Positions 36,137-45,157 of a DNA stretch of 64,000 nt are shown in pieces. The translations under genes were made by a program, and so were the position numbers. The notes under the pieces were generated by a model. The model was not told the DNA's origin. It saw nothing but the letters and a program-made list of their open reading frames with translations, and made no database searches. How positions within the stretch are numbered: the stretch's first letter is position 1; each line of letters starts with the position of its first letter. Source of the DNA: Bacteroidaceae bacterium (lineage in GTDB: Bacteria; Bacteroidota; Bacteroidia; Bacteroidales; Bacteroidaceae); the NCBI GenBank assembly GCA_024697945.1, contig JAILRU010000016.1, positions 4,588 through 68,587 of the forward strand, read 5' to 3'.

Positions 36137-37498
36137 ATGAGGCGTTTCGCTTATCTCCTTTGGACGGTTGCATTGGCTGGGCTTTTTGCCTGTCAGGGTG
36201 AGAAGTCAGACAATACTTCCAAATTCGTAACGGTACAGAATGGGAAGTTCTATCGCGGCACAGAAGAGTACAAGTTCATCGGTGCGAACTTCTGGTTCGG
36301 TGCCATACTGGCCAGCGAAGGTCAAGGCGGTGACCGCGAACGTCTCACGAAGGAACTCGACCTGATGCAGGAGGTAGGAATAAATAATGTACGCGTTCTG
36401 GTGGGCGGCGAAGGTCCGGACACAGTGGCTTCACATGTTGTTCCTATTCTACAGCCTGAGCCAGGTGTCTATAACGACACGATACTACAAGGTTTGGATT
36501 ACCTCATTGCTGAACTTGAGAAACGAGAGATGACGGCTGTCCTTTTCCTTAACAACTCCTGGGAATGGAGTGGAGGCTATGGCGCTTATCTTGAATGGGC
36601 AGGTTGCGGACCTGTGCCTGAATGGTCGGATTGGGATGCCGCCCAACGTTATCACTGCCAGTTCGTTAAGAACGACAAGGCAAAGGAGATGGCGGAGAAC
36701 CATGTCCGCTTTATTGTCTCGCGTACCAATACCGTCACAGGCAAGCCTTATACCGAATCGCCTGCCATCATGGCTTGGGAGCTCGCCAATGAGCCTCGTG
36801 CCTTTGCTCGCGACCCTGAGACGAAGACCTGCTTTGCGAACTGGATTGAATCGCAGGCAAAACTCATCAAGAGCCTTGACAGCAACCATCTTGTGACGAC
36901 AGGCAGCGAGGGCATCGTGGGTTGTGAGGAAGATTCCGCCCTCTTCCGTAAGATACATGCCTTCCCCGAGATTGACTACATTTGCATCCATATCTGGCCC
37001 TACAACTGGCATTGGATTGGCCCTGCAAGCGGTCCGCTTGAAACAGCAAAGGACATCAACGGACCTACTTCCATGATTGATAATCTGGACAATGCAAGCA
37101 GTAAAACGTACCAGTACATCAACGAATGCTACCACGCTGTATGGGATTTGGACAAACCTATCGTGATAGAGGAGTTCGGTTATCCCAGGGACAACTATTC
37201 CATTACACCTGGATCGCCTACGGTAGGCAGAGACCGTTATTATTGGGATATGTTCGCCACGATAGATATGCTCAGTAAGCAAGATGTCGTTGGCGGTAAG
37301 GTGGTTGGTTGCTGTTTCTGGGCTTGGGGCGGTTATGCTCAGCCTCAGCACACCCGATGGGAGTGTTGGGATGATTATGTAGGCGACCCAGCACAGGAAG
37401 AGCAGGGGCTCAATGCCGTCTTCGCATGTGACACGACCACACTCAACATCATCCGCAAAGCAGCAGAAAGCCTCATATCGTCAACCCCAAACAAGTAA
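36137..37498 (+). CDS. glycoside hydrolase family 5 lipoprotein (mannanase-like)
   Basis: Lipobox LFAC. GANFWFG, NNVRVL and WELANEPR (acid/base Glu) motifs. Confidence 0.7.
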   Translation: MRRFAYLLWTVALAGLFACQGEKSDNTSKFVTVQNGKFYRGTEEYKFIGANFWFGAILASEGQGGDRERLTKELDLMQEVGINNVRVLVGGEGPDTVASHVVPILQPEPGVYNDTILQGLDYLIAELEKREMTAVLFLNNSWEWSGGYGAYLEWAGCGPVPEWSDWDAAQRYHCQFVKNDKAKEMAENHVRFIVSRTNTVTGKPYTESPAIMAWELANEPRAFARDPETKTCFANWIESQAKLIKSLDSNHLVTTGSEGIVGCEEDSALFRKIHAFPEIDYICIHIWPYNWHWIGPASGPLETAKDINGPTSMIDNLDNASSKTYQYINECYHAVWDLDKPIVIEEFGYPRDNYSITPGSPTVGRDRYYWDMFATIDMLSKQDVVGGKVVGCCFWAWGGYAQPQHTRWECWDDYVGDPAQEEQGLNAVFACDTTTLNIIRKAAESLISSTPNK

Positions 37499-37528
37499 TA
37501 ATTAAATAGTATATCGTAAATTACAGAG

Positions 37529-38893
37529 ATGTTATTCGACAAGAACACATACATTGAGCGGCGAAAACTGCTCAAGGAGCGCATCGGCTCGGGCATCATA
37601 TTGCTCATGGGCAACAATGACTCACCTGCCAACTATCCGAACAATGTCTATCGATTCCGTCAGGACAGCTCTTTCCTCTATTTCTACGGGCAACACCGTG
37701 AGGGCCTGGCCGGCATCATTGATGTGGATAACAACCAGGAGTATCTCGTGGGCGATGATATTGACATAGACGACATCGTTTGGTTTGGCTCTGTCGATAG
37801 TGTAGCTGACATGGCTGCAGAGTGCGGAGTCGCACATTCCATGCCAATGAAGGCTCTTTCTGACTTCCTTCAGAAGGCCAAAGCCGCAGGTCAGCGCATC
37901 CACTTCCTGCCGCCTTACCGTCACGATACCATGATTCAGCTTATGGACATGCTGGGCATTCACCCCTCTAAGCAGCGCGAGGCAGCCAGCGTGGAACTCA
38001 TCAAGGCTGTCGTTGACCAGCGTGCCGTGAAGAGTGCAGGCGAGATTGCGGAGATAGAGCGTGCTTGTGCCATCGGTTACGAAATGCATACCACCGCCAT
38101 GGAGATGTGTCGCCCTGGTGTTACCGAGCAGGAGATTGCCGGTCGCATCAGCGGCATTGCCAGCAGTCGAGGCTGCATGGTCAGCTTCCCGCCTATCGTC
38201 ACGATGCACGGAGAAATCATGCACGGCTACCCAAGCCCCCGACCTCTTGAAGCAGGACGGCTCTTTCTTTGCGATGCAGGAGCCGAAACAAACGAGAACT
38301 ATTGCAGTGACAATACGCGCACTATGCCCATCAGCGGGAACTTCACCCAGCGCCAGAAGGAGATATACGACATCGTTGTAGAATGTCACGACTATGCACT
38401 GACACTTGCTGCACCTGGCGTCAAATGGTGGGACGTGCACTTTGGCGTCTGCCGCCTTATGACTGAGCGTCTCAAGGAACTTGGCCTGATGAAAGGTGAT
38501 ACTGATGAGGCCGTTCGTGCTGGAGCACATGCCATGTTCATGCCACACGGATTGGGTCACATGATGGGTATGGATGTACACGATATGGAAGGGCTCGGAC
38601 AGACCTACGTCGGATTCGACGATGAGGTGCGGCCTAACCTTGAGCAGTTCGGAACGAATTGCCTGCGCTGTGGACGCCGCCTGCAGGAAGGCTTTGTCAT
38701 GACCGACGAGCCAGGCATCTACTTCATTCCCGCACTTATCGACGAATGGCGCAGCAAGAAGCATTGTGCCGAGTTCTTAAACTTCAACCTTCTCGGAACC
38801 TACAAGGATTTCGGTGGCATCCGTATCGAGGACGATATCCTTATCACAAAGGAAGGCTGCCGTGTCTTGGGAGAAAAAAAGATTCCATATTAA
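37529..38893 (+). CDS. Xaa-Pro aminopeptidase family (M24B) peptidase
   Basis: FRQDS.F.Y N-domain. HGLGHMMGMDVHD and IEDDILIT metal-ligand motifs. Confidence 0.8.
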   Translation: MLFDKNTYIERRKLLKERIGSGIILLMGNNDSPANYPNNVYRFRQDSSFLYFYGQHREGLAGIIDVDNNQEYLVGDDIDIDDIVWFGSVDSVADMAAECGVAHSMPMKALSDFLQKAKAAGQRIHFLPPYRHDTMIQLMDMLGIHPSKQREAASVELIKAVVDQRAVKSAGEIAEIERACAIGYEMHTTAMEMCRPGVTEQEIAGRISGIASSRGCMVSFPPIVTMHGEIMHGYPSPRPLEAGRLFLCDAGAETNENYCSDNTRTMPISGNFTQRQKEIYDIVVECHDYALTLAAPGVKWWDVHFGVCRLMTERLKELGLMKGDTDEAVRAGAHAMFMPHGLGHMMGMDVHDMEGLGQTYVGFDDEVRPNLEQFGTNCLRCGRRLQEGFVMTDEPGIYFIPALIDEWRSKKHCAEFLNFNLLGTYKDFGGIRIEDDILITKEGCRVLGEKKIPY

Positions 38894-38925
38894 GCCCATA
38901 AAACCAATTAACTCTATAAAACAAA

Positions 38926-40146
38926 ATGAAAAAGATTATCTTACTTGCTGCAACGGCTTTGCTTTGCCTTCCTGCAGTAGCAAAGGACAAGGACAAGAAG
39001 GAAGATTCTAAGGATTCCCTCATCTTCACCACCATCATCGAGCATCCTGTAACAAGCATCAAGAACCAGAACAGTAGCGGTACTTGCTGGGCATACTCAT
39101 CTCTGGCTTTCCTGGAGAGTGAGGCTATCAAGAAGCATCCTGAATTGAAGGACGACCTTGACCTCTGCGAGTCGTTCCTCATCAGTAAGACCTACGTGGA
39201 CCGTGCAGACAAGCACATCCGCACTCATGGTGACGCAAGCTTCGCTCAGGGCGGTTCCTTCGAGGATGCCCTATACTGCATGGAGAACTATGGCCTCATT
39301 CCCGAAGGCATCATGCCTTATCCCATCACCGAGTACGGCGACTCACTCTTCAACTTCGGTCAGCTCTTTCCTCCGATGACTGCTTACCTGCAGAGCATCT
39401 CCAAGAGCAGTGCTAAGAAGATTTACCCCAAGGCATGGAAGTCGGCTCTTCAGGCTATGCTTGACGGCTATTTCGGCAAGTGCCCTACCGAGTTCGAGTA
39501 CAAGGGCAAACGCTATACACCGCAGTCCTTCGTCAAGGATTATCTCACACTCGACCCGAACGACTATGTCAGCTTGACCAGCTACACACATCATCCCTAT
39601 TGGAGCACCTTCATCCTTGAGATTGAGGACAACTGGCGCTGGGCAAGCAGTTACAACCTGCCTCTGGATGACTTTATGCGTGTTATGTTCGAGGCCGTGA
39701 AGAATGGTTGGACCTTTGCTTGGGGTGCAGATGTCAGCGAAGAGGGTTTCAGTCGTCGCAGCGGCAAGAACAAGAGTGTGGCAATGGTGCCCGACACCAA
39801 GTTCAAGGCTGGCGTGGGTAGCGACCAAGCTCGCTGGACAGGCGAAACGGCTTCTGAGAAAGTCGAAATCGTCAGCGCTAATGCAGAGAAGACCATTACT
39901 CCCGAGATGCGTCAGGAAGGCTACGACAACTGGGAAACGACCGACGACCACGGCATGCAGATTTATGGTCTCGCCAAGGACCAGTATGGCAAGGAGTATT
40001 TCATGATGAAGAACTCTTGGGGCGAGAGCGGTCCCTTCAAGGGCTTCTGGTATGTCAGCCCGGCATACGTAGCCTACAAGACCATGAACATCGTCATCAA
40101 CAAGAACGCCGTACCTGCTGACATCCGTCAAAAACTCGGGTTCTAA
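38926..40146 (+). CDS. C1 family cysteine peptidase (aminopeptidase C-like), secreted
   Basis: Signal peptide. NQNSSGTCWAYS active-site Cys motif, ..DHGMQIYG.. His region, KNSWG. Confidence 0.75.
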   Translation: MKKIILLAATALLCLPAVAKDKDKKEDSKDSLIFTTIIEHPVTSIKNQNSSGTCWAYSSLAFLESEAIKKHPELKDDLDLCESFLISKTYVDRADKHIRTHGDASFAQGGSFEDALYCMENYGLIPEGIMPYPITEYGDSLFNFGQLFPPMTAYLQSISKSSAKKIYPKAWKSALQAMLDGYFGKCPTEFEYKGKRYTPQSFVKDYLTLDPNDYVSLTSYTHHPYWSTFILEIEDNWRWASSYNLPLDDFMRVMFEAVKNGWTFAWGADVSEEGFSRRSGKNKSVAMVPDTKFKAGVGSDQARWTGETASEKVEIVSANAEKTITPEMRQEGYDNWETTDDHGMQIYGLAKDQYGKEYFMMKNSWGESGPFKGFWYVSPAYVAYKTMNIVINKNAVPADIRQKLGF

Positions 40147-40225
40147 GGAATAGACAACAGACCACGGACAACAGACAAGAAGCGGCATATCGTTCGAATG
40201 GTATGTCGCTTCTACGCATATTGCG

Positions 40226-41122
40226 ATGGACAGAAATAGTCAAATTTACCGAGTAACGTTGTGGGGCGGAGCGATGAATGCGCTGCTACTGCTCTTCAAG
40301 TTCGTAGCAGGCATCATGGGCCATAGTGCTGCGATGGTAGCGGATGCTGTCCATTCGCTTAGCGACTTCGTGACCGATGTCATTGTGCTCGTCTTCGTAC
40401 ACATCAGTGGCAAACCCAAAGACAAGTCGCACGACTATGGTCACGGCAAATACGAGACGCTGGCATTGACATTTATCGGCCTGGCGTTGCTCGTCGTTGC
40501 AATAGGTATCGTCTATGAAGGTCTGGTGAAGATTTCTGCCTGGGCAGGAGGAGGACAACTGGAGACTCCAGGCATGCTGGCACTTTGGGCGGCCCTACTG
40601 TCTGTCGTAATAAAGGAAGCCACCTTCCGATATTCGATAGTGAAAGCCCGGCAGTTGAAATCCCAGGCCGTTGAAGCCAATGCCTGGCATCATCGTAGCG
40701 ATGCGCTATCTTCTGTTGGCACAGCTCTCGGCATAGGCGGAGCTATCTTCCTGGGACAAAGATGGGCGGTGCTCGACCCTTTGGCCTCAGTTCTCGTGGG
40801 TCTGTTCATCGTGAAGGTGTCCATCGAACTACTGAGAAATGGTTTCGGAGATTTGATGGAACAGTCATTGCCCGACGAAGTGGAGCAGGAGATATTGCGA
40901 CTGGCAGCCTCTGTCCCAGATGTAGTAGAGCCACATGATCTCCGTACCCGTCGTATCGGCAACCATTATGCCATAGAGCTCCATATCCTCATGGACGGCG
41001 ACATCCCATTGCGGGAGGCACACGACAGAGCCTCGGAAATAGAGGAACTGCTTCGGCAACATTATGGGAATGAAACCCATGTGGCAATACATGTAGAGCC
41101 TCGCGGGCAGAGTCCTAAATGA
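40226..41122 (+). CDS. cation diffusion facilitator family transporter
   Basis: ADAVHSLSDF and HHRSDALSS metal-site motifs, 6 TM helices plus cytoplasmic domain. Confidence 0.85.
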   Translation: MDRNSQIYRVTLWGGAMNALLLLFKFVAGIMGHSAAMVADAVHSLSDFVTDVIVLVFVHISGKPKDKSHDYGHGKYETLALTFIGLALLVVAIGIVYEGLVKISAWAGGGQLETPGMLALWAALLSVVIKEATFRYSIVKARQLKSQAVEANAWHHRSDALSSVGTALGIGGAIFLGQRWAVLDPLASVLVGLFIVKVSIELLRNGFGDLMEQSLPDEVEQEILRLAASVPDVVEPHDLRTRRIGNHYAIELHILMDGDIPLREAHDRASEIEELLRQHYGNETHVAIHVEPRGQSPK

Positions 41123-41158
41123 AGAATAATAAAGAAAATAAAGAACTAATATTTAATA

Positions 41159-42481
41159 ATGTATAAAGTTATGAGAAAAAACAATTGGCAAAGAATAATG
41201 AGAGTGACATGTTTTTCTTTTATCATTTGTCATTTATCATTTAGCCCTGCAGGGGCGCTATGGGCTCAAGATATGACGCACTACAAACAGGTTGTGAAGG
41301 AGCTGAGTTCTGCCAAGTACCAAGGCCGTGGCTATGCGAAGGGCGGAGCCAACAAGGCAGGAAAGTTCCTGCAAAAGGAATACCAGAAGGTTGGCGTGGA
41401 CGAGGTGACATTGCAGCCTTTCACACTCGACGTTCAGACGTTTGCAGGCAAGATGGAAGCAAGATGTATGATGGAAGATGGAAGATGGAAGAAGATGGAG
41501 CCCGGCGTTGACTTCTCAATGCGCGAATACTCTCCTGGCGTCAAAGGCGAGTTCCCTGTCTATCATGTCGATACGCTCAACTTTGATGCCGACAGGCTCT
41601 TTGCTGACCTCGCGAAACCTGAGTACAAGAACTGTCTGGTGGCTTGCGAGTTCTGGTTCACCTACAAGCACAGCGACGTCTTCTCCCGTCTGCAAAAGGC
41701 TGGCGAGTGTCCCAATGCAGGTCTTCTCTTCACTTGGCCCGCTCCAATTAAGTTCTTCAAGGCATACGCAAGCAAAGTCGTCGATAAGCCCATAGTTTGG
41801 GTGACGCCGGAAGCCATCGAGGGCGTGAAGCGCGTCCGTCTTAATGTCGATGCCAAGTTCCTGAAGGACTACGAGTGTTTCAACGTCATTTCGAAGATTG
41901 AAGGCGAGAGGCACGACAGCTGCTATGTCTTTACCGCCCATTACGACCACCTTGGCAACCTCGGAAAGAAGGTATTCTATGCTGGGGCTAACGACAATGC
42001 TTCGGGGTCTGCATGTATCGTGACACTTGCCGCATACTATGCCAAGCATCGCCCAAAGTACGACATGTACTTCCTGGCGCTTTCCGGTGAGGACACCAAC
42101 CTGAACGGCTCAAAATGGTTCGTGAAGAATCCTATCGTGCCGCTCTCTCAGATCAAGTACCTCTTCAACATCGACATGATTGGCGACAACAGTCCTGTCC
42201 AATATTGCGAAGTGAGCGATGAAGGCATGAAGGCATTCCCGCTCTTCGAGAAGATAAACGCTGAGAAGCACTACTTCAAGGCTCTCGACCGAGGCAAACT
42301 GGCAGCAAACAGCGACCACTATCCCTTTGCAATGCAGCATGTGCCTTGCATCTTCCTCGAGAACGAGAAGGGCGACGCCTTCCAGTACTACCACACCATC
42401 TACGACAACTGGGACCATGTCGTCACCGACAGCTACGAACCCGTCTTCTGCCTCGTCCGCGACTTTATAGAGCAGTACTAA
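41159..42481 (+). CDS. M28 family peptidase, secreted
   Basis: FTAHYDHLG, GANDNASGSA and EDTNLNGSKW motifs. Start uncertain (41159, 41171 or 41198). Confidence 0.8.
   Translation: MYKVMRKNNWQRIMRVTCFSFIICHLSFSPAGALWAQDMTHYKQVVKELSSAKYQGRGYAKGGANKAGKFLQKEYQKVGVDEVTLQPFTLDVQTFAGKMEARCMMEDGRWKKMEPGVDFSMREYSPGVKGEFPVYHVDTLNFDADRLFADLAKPEYKNCLVACEFWFTYKHSDVFSRLQKAGECPNAGLLFTWPAPIKFFKAYASKVVDKPIVWVTPEAIEGVKRVRLNVDAKFLKDYECFNVISKIEGERHDSCYVFTAHYDHLGNLGKKVFYAGANDNASGSACIVTLAAYYAKHRPKYDMYFLALSGEDTNLNGSKWFVKNPIVPLSQIKYLFNIDMIGDNSPVQYCEVSDEGMKAFPLFEKINAEKHYFKALDRGKLAANSDHYPFAMQHVPCIFLENEKGDAFQYYHTIYDNWDHVVTDSYEPVFCLVRDFIEQY
41218..41245 (+). repeat. TCATTTN heptamer run ending TCATTTAG, encoding the signal-peptide core FIICHLSFS
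   Basis: cttttatcatttgtcatttatcatttag. Confidence 0.85.
41470..41497 (+). repeat. in-frame (GATGGAA)x3 plus a partial unit in the M28 gene
   Basis: gatggaa gatggaa gatggaa gaagatg encodes MEDGRWKKM. Confidence 0.85.
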
Positions 42482-42543
42482 TTGGGGGCGATTATTTCCA
42501 AAGCCATCAGGTTCATCTGAGTGCACTGATGGGCAGTGAGTTT

Positions 42544-43620
42544 TCACTTGTCGTTATGATGCTCCCAGGGGGACAGCATCAACAGCAGTCCTTTTGCACA
42601 AGCATAGAACTGCTCTCCATGTGGCTTCGACAAGGGCGTAAAGCCATTCTCCATAATTACAATGGTGGGGAAACCTGCATCAAAAGCAGCCCGCATCACA
42701 CGCTTCTCCCCAGGCGAGATGGCTGGTGAAACGAGAACACACCCCTGTCTGGCTTCTTCAAGATAGCGCGCCACCTCTTCTGCTATCTCGGCTTCATTCA
42801 GCCGGCGTGATATCCGCACAGCCTTACGCTTCGCAGCAGTCAACAACCCTCTGTTGCCGATGCCGCTATAGCAATGCTCTCCTATTTGGAGGTTAAAGAA
42901 CGGTCGCAACCATTCAGGCCGCATTCGCTTCATCATCAGGCGGCGAGGGTTATCGCGCAGGTAGTTTAGCCATGTATGTAGCTCATCATAAGAGCGCAGT
43001 ATCAGGTCGTTATAGCCCCTCGCAAATAAAGGGCGATAAGGCTCTTGCGACGGCAAAGCCGCCACCTGCAGAGAATCGACTTCCTGCATTTTCCCCACAG
43101 GCTGCGGCTCTGCCTTCTCCGTAGGCTGCGGCTCTGCCGTAACTGTAACCTCCGGCCCGATCTTCTCCGTAGGCTGCGGCTCTGCCGCAGCTATAGCCAG
43201 TGGCTTTGCCGCAGCAACCAAACCCCTTTCCGCCCTTCTGCATCCAGCTTTAAAGCCAGAAATCACCTGCCCCAAATGCACGGGCAACCTGTCGCGCACA
43301 AAAAGAATGCCATGCAAATGGTCTGGCATCATCTGAACGGCCTTTACCTCTATCTGCGGGTAATAGCTGGAAATGCCCAGCCACTCACTTTCGACAGCCT
43401 TTCCCAGTTCGGTCAGCTCCATGCGAGGTTCATCCTTGCTTCCCTTGGGTGCAAAGGCATTGCCTACTATCCGCCCAAAAAGTGGTCTCCGCCCCTCCAC
43501 CTCCAAGGTGATCATATACATACGTCGCTCGCTATAGTCATGATGGTCGTCACGACGTTTCATCGAAGCCTTCTTCTCTCCCGCATGTTCTTTCTTCGCT
43601 GCAATCTGTTCCTCTGTCAT
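42544..43620 (-). CDS. Y1/HUH (IS200-like, RAYT-like) transposase-family protein with an internal repeat insert and an extra C-terminal alpha/beta domain (358 aa)
   Basis: HDYSERRMYMITLEV..RPLFG; HUH as MMPDHLHGILF; PLFARGYNDLILRS...LHTWLNYLRDNPRRL parallels FWEHAIRN...VDYIYINPV of E. coli RayT (from memory). About 65 aa of AAEPQPTEK repeats lie between the HUH and Tyr motifs. Residues about 250-358 are not part of a canonical Y1 domain. Confidence 0.65.
   Translation of the reverse strand: MTEEQIAAKKEHAGEKKASMKRRDDHHDYSERRMYMITLEVEGRRPLFGRIVGNAFAPKGSKDEPRMELTELGKAVESEWLGISSYYPQIEVKAVQMMPDHLHGILFVRDRLPVHLGQVISGFKAGCRRAERGLVAAAKPLAIAAAEPQPTEKIGPEVTVTAEPQPTEKAEPQPVGKMQEVDSLQVAALPSQEPYRPLFARGYNDLILRSYDELHTWLNYLRDNPRRLMMKRMRPEWLRPFFNLQIGEHCYSGIGNRGLLTAAKRKAVRISRRLNEAEIAEEVARYLEEARQGCVLVSPAISPGEKRVMRAAFDAGFPTIVIMENGFTPLSKPHGEQFYACAKGLLLMLSPWEHHNDK
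43095..43194 (+). repeat. REP-like units (GTAG plus GCTGCGG-CTCTG-CCGCAGC hairpin) inside the Y1 gene
   Basis: Three consecutive aggctgcggctctgcc units. GTAG at 43120 and 43168. Full hairpin at 43172-43190. Confidence 0.8.
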
Positions 43621-43657
43621 CCCTATCTAACCTTGCTGTTTATTGTTATTTCGCAAG

Positions 43658-43665
43658 CAAAGGTA
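43658..43665 (-). promoter_or_regulatory. -7 box TAccTTTG for the Y1 gene
   Basis: Plus strand reads caaaggta, about 40 nt upstream of the ATG at 43620. Confidence 0.5.
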
Positions 43666-43735
43666 AGGAAACAAGACCAAACCACCAAGAAAAAGCCCAA
43701 GAAGTTTCCACTCCATAAGGTGCATACAGTATCTT

Positions 43736-43786
43736 CACAGGCTGCGGCCCTACCTTCTCCGTAGGCTGTGGCTTTGCCGCAGCTAT
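43736..43786 (+). repeat. REP-like unit pair upstream of the Y1 gene (copy of 43095-43138 / 43161-43193)
   Basis: cacaggctgcggccctaccttctccgtaggctgtggctttgccgcagctat. 40/44 identity to the intragenic copy and 31/33 to 43161-43193. Confidence 0.8.
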
Positions 43787-43817
43787 TGTCGTGAAGTCCG
43801 ATGCATTTCAAAGTCCA

Positions 43818-43853
43818 CAGCAGCGATGACCCCACATGTGGTCATCGCTGCTG
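43818..43853. repeat. 36-nt near-perfect palindrome
   Basis: cagcagcgatgacc ccacatgt ggtcatcgctgctg (14-bp stem). Confidence 0.85.
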
Positions 43854-43860
43854 TCATCAT

Positions 43861-43929
43861 TTAGGATTGCGCCTGCCCTGTTACTACAACGAGGGCGAGC
43901 AGGATGGTGATGATGGTCTGTTTTGTGTT
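43861..43929 (-). pseudogene. remnant of a second tlpA-like gene: signal-peptide coding fragment without ATG, stopped after about 20 codons
   Basis: Minus strand aaacagaccatcatcaccatcctgctcgccctc...cagggcaggcgcaatcctaa is about 85 percent identical to the 5' end of the gene at 44990 (KQTIITILLAL..GQAQ). Confidence 0.55.
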
Positions 43930-43934
43930 TGTTT

Positions 43935-44990
43935 TTATTCTCCGAAGATTTTCTCCAATTCCTTTTCGATGTTCTCTCCGCGCAGGCCGCGCTTCAATAT
44001 CTTGCCATCGGGGGCAAAGAGGATAATCTCGGGGATGAATCTGATGCCGTAGAGGTCGGTGGCTATTTTCTGCGAGTTGATGATTTGCGGATAGGGAATC
44101 TTCTCGTCCTCGATGGCTTTCAGCGTCGCTTCGGGCTTGTCCCATGCAGCGATGCCAAGAACTTGGAGGCCCTGGTCTTTGTGCTTGTTGTAAGCGGCAA
44201 TGAGGTTGGGAATCTCGGCTCGGCATGGACCGCACCATGATGCCCAGAAATCGACGAGCACATACTGCCCCTTGCCCACATAGTCAGAGAGCTTCGTTGT
44301 CTTGCCCTCGTACTCAACGGCGAAGTCCACGAACATACTACCGATGCTGGTTACGGGTTGTGCTTTCAGCTTGTCGTATATCCGTTTTAAATCGCCAGAG
44401 AGATAGGGCGTCTTGCTGATGTATTCTCCATTGTCGCGCATCATCTTGTCGTAAAGTTCAATCCACCGGGCAGCATCTAAATACATGCGTCCTTCGTTGA
44501 CAAGGAGGATAATGCCATAGACATCGTGTGTATGACGAGAGATAACATCATAGACAACTGCCGCCTTATCCTCCGTCTCGTCCATACGCCGGTTGAAGGC
44601 AGCTATTTCGTCGCTGATAGGTGTGCCGCTCTGCTGCAACCAGTTTCCTTTCAGCCCTTCCACTCGGGTTGTTCCGTTGTCAATGAAAAGCCAACTCAAC
44701 GACAATTTGCTTGTTGTATATGGCACAGAGTCTGTCTGCACGAGTATGGTCGTCGTATCATTTAGGTTGCATAATGCCATTTCAGGCAAATCACCTTCTT
44801 TAGGTGTGATGATGCCGTTCACCACTTCTATCGTGGCGATTTCCTGTGCCTTCAGAAGATCTACCACAGACATGATGCCCGTGAATTCAGGATGCCCAAT
44901 GTTTCCCTCAAGGCGGTAATGTATTTGCGCCTGCCCTGCAACTGCGCAGAGGGCAAGCAGGATGGTGATGATGGTTTGTTTCATGTGCAA
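43935..44990 (-). CDS. TlpA-family thiol:disulfide oxidoreductase (thioredoxin fold), secreted
   Basis: Signal peptide, then DFWASWCGPCRAEIPNL CxxC motif; 351 aa with an N-terminal accessory domain. Confidence 0.8.
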   Translation of the reverse strand: MHMKQTIITILLALCAVAGQAQIHYRLEGNIGHPEFTGIMSVVDLLKAQEIATIEVVNGIITPKEGDLPEMALCNLNDTTTILVQTDSVPYTTSKLSLSWLFIDNGTTRVEGLKGNWLQQSGTPISDEIAAFNRRMDETEDKAAVVYDVISRHTHDVYGIILLVNEGRMYLDAARWIELYDKMMRDNGEYISKTPYLSGDLKRIYDKLKAQPVTSIGSMFVDFAVEYEGKTTKLSDYVGKGQYVLVDFWASWCGPCRAEIPNLIAAYNKHKDQGLQVLGIAAWDKPEATLKAIEDEKIPYPQIINSQKIATDLYGIRFIPEIILFAPDGKILKRGLRGENIEKELEKIFGE

Positions 44991-45157
44991 ATAACTTTTT
45001 ACCTTTATATATTTATATAACGTACGAGAGGACGAAATGTTAACTGATTTTGAGTTAAAATTTCTTAAAGCTGTGGTATTTTGTTTATTTTGTCTTTTTT
45101 GGTAACGGGCAGGGTGTGTTTTGATGTACTATATGTATGTTCCATCATGCAAAAAGT

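Noticed and set aside
28427-40146. Polysaccharide utilisation locus around the fasciclin lipoprotein, AraC regulator and GH5 gene.
   Set aside because: There is no SusC/SusD pair or hybrid two-component sensor. The genes are interleaved with housekeeping genes (rbfA, permease, anSME, peptidases).
43010-43835. ORFs 43010..43243(-), 43045..43764(+) and 43623..43835(-) with GRAAAYGE-type repeats.
   Set aside because: These are alternative frames of the REP-like repeat DNA. The frame carrying the HUH and Tyr motifs (42544..43620) explains the region. The upstream copy lacks a start codon in the homologous frame.
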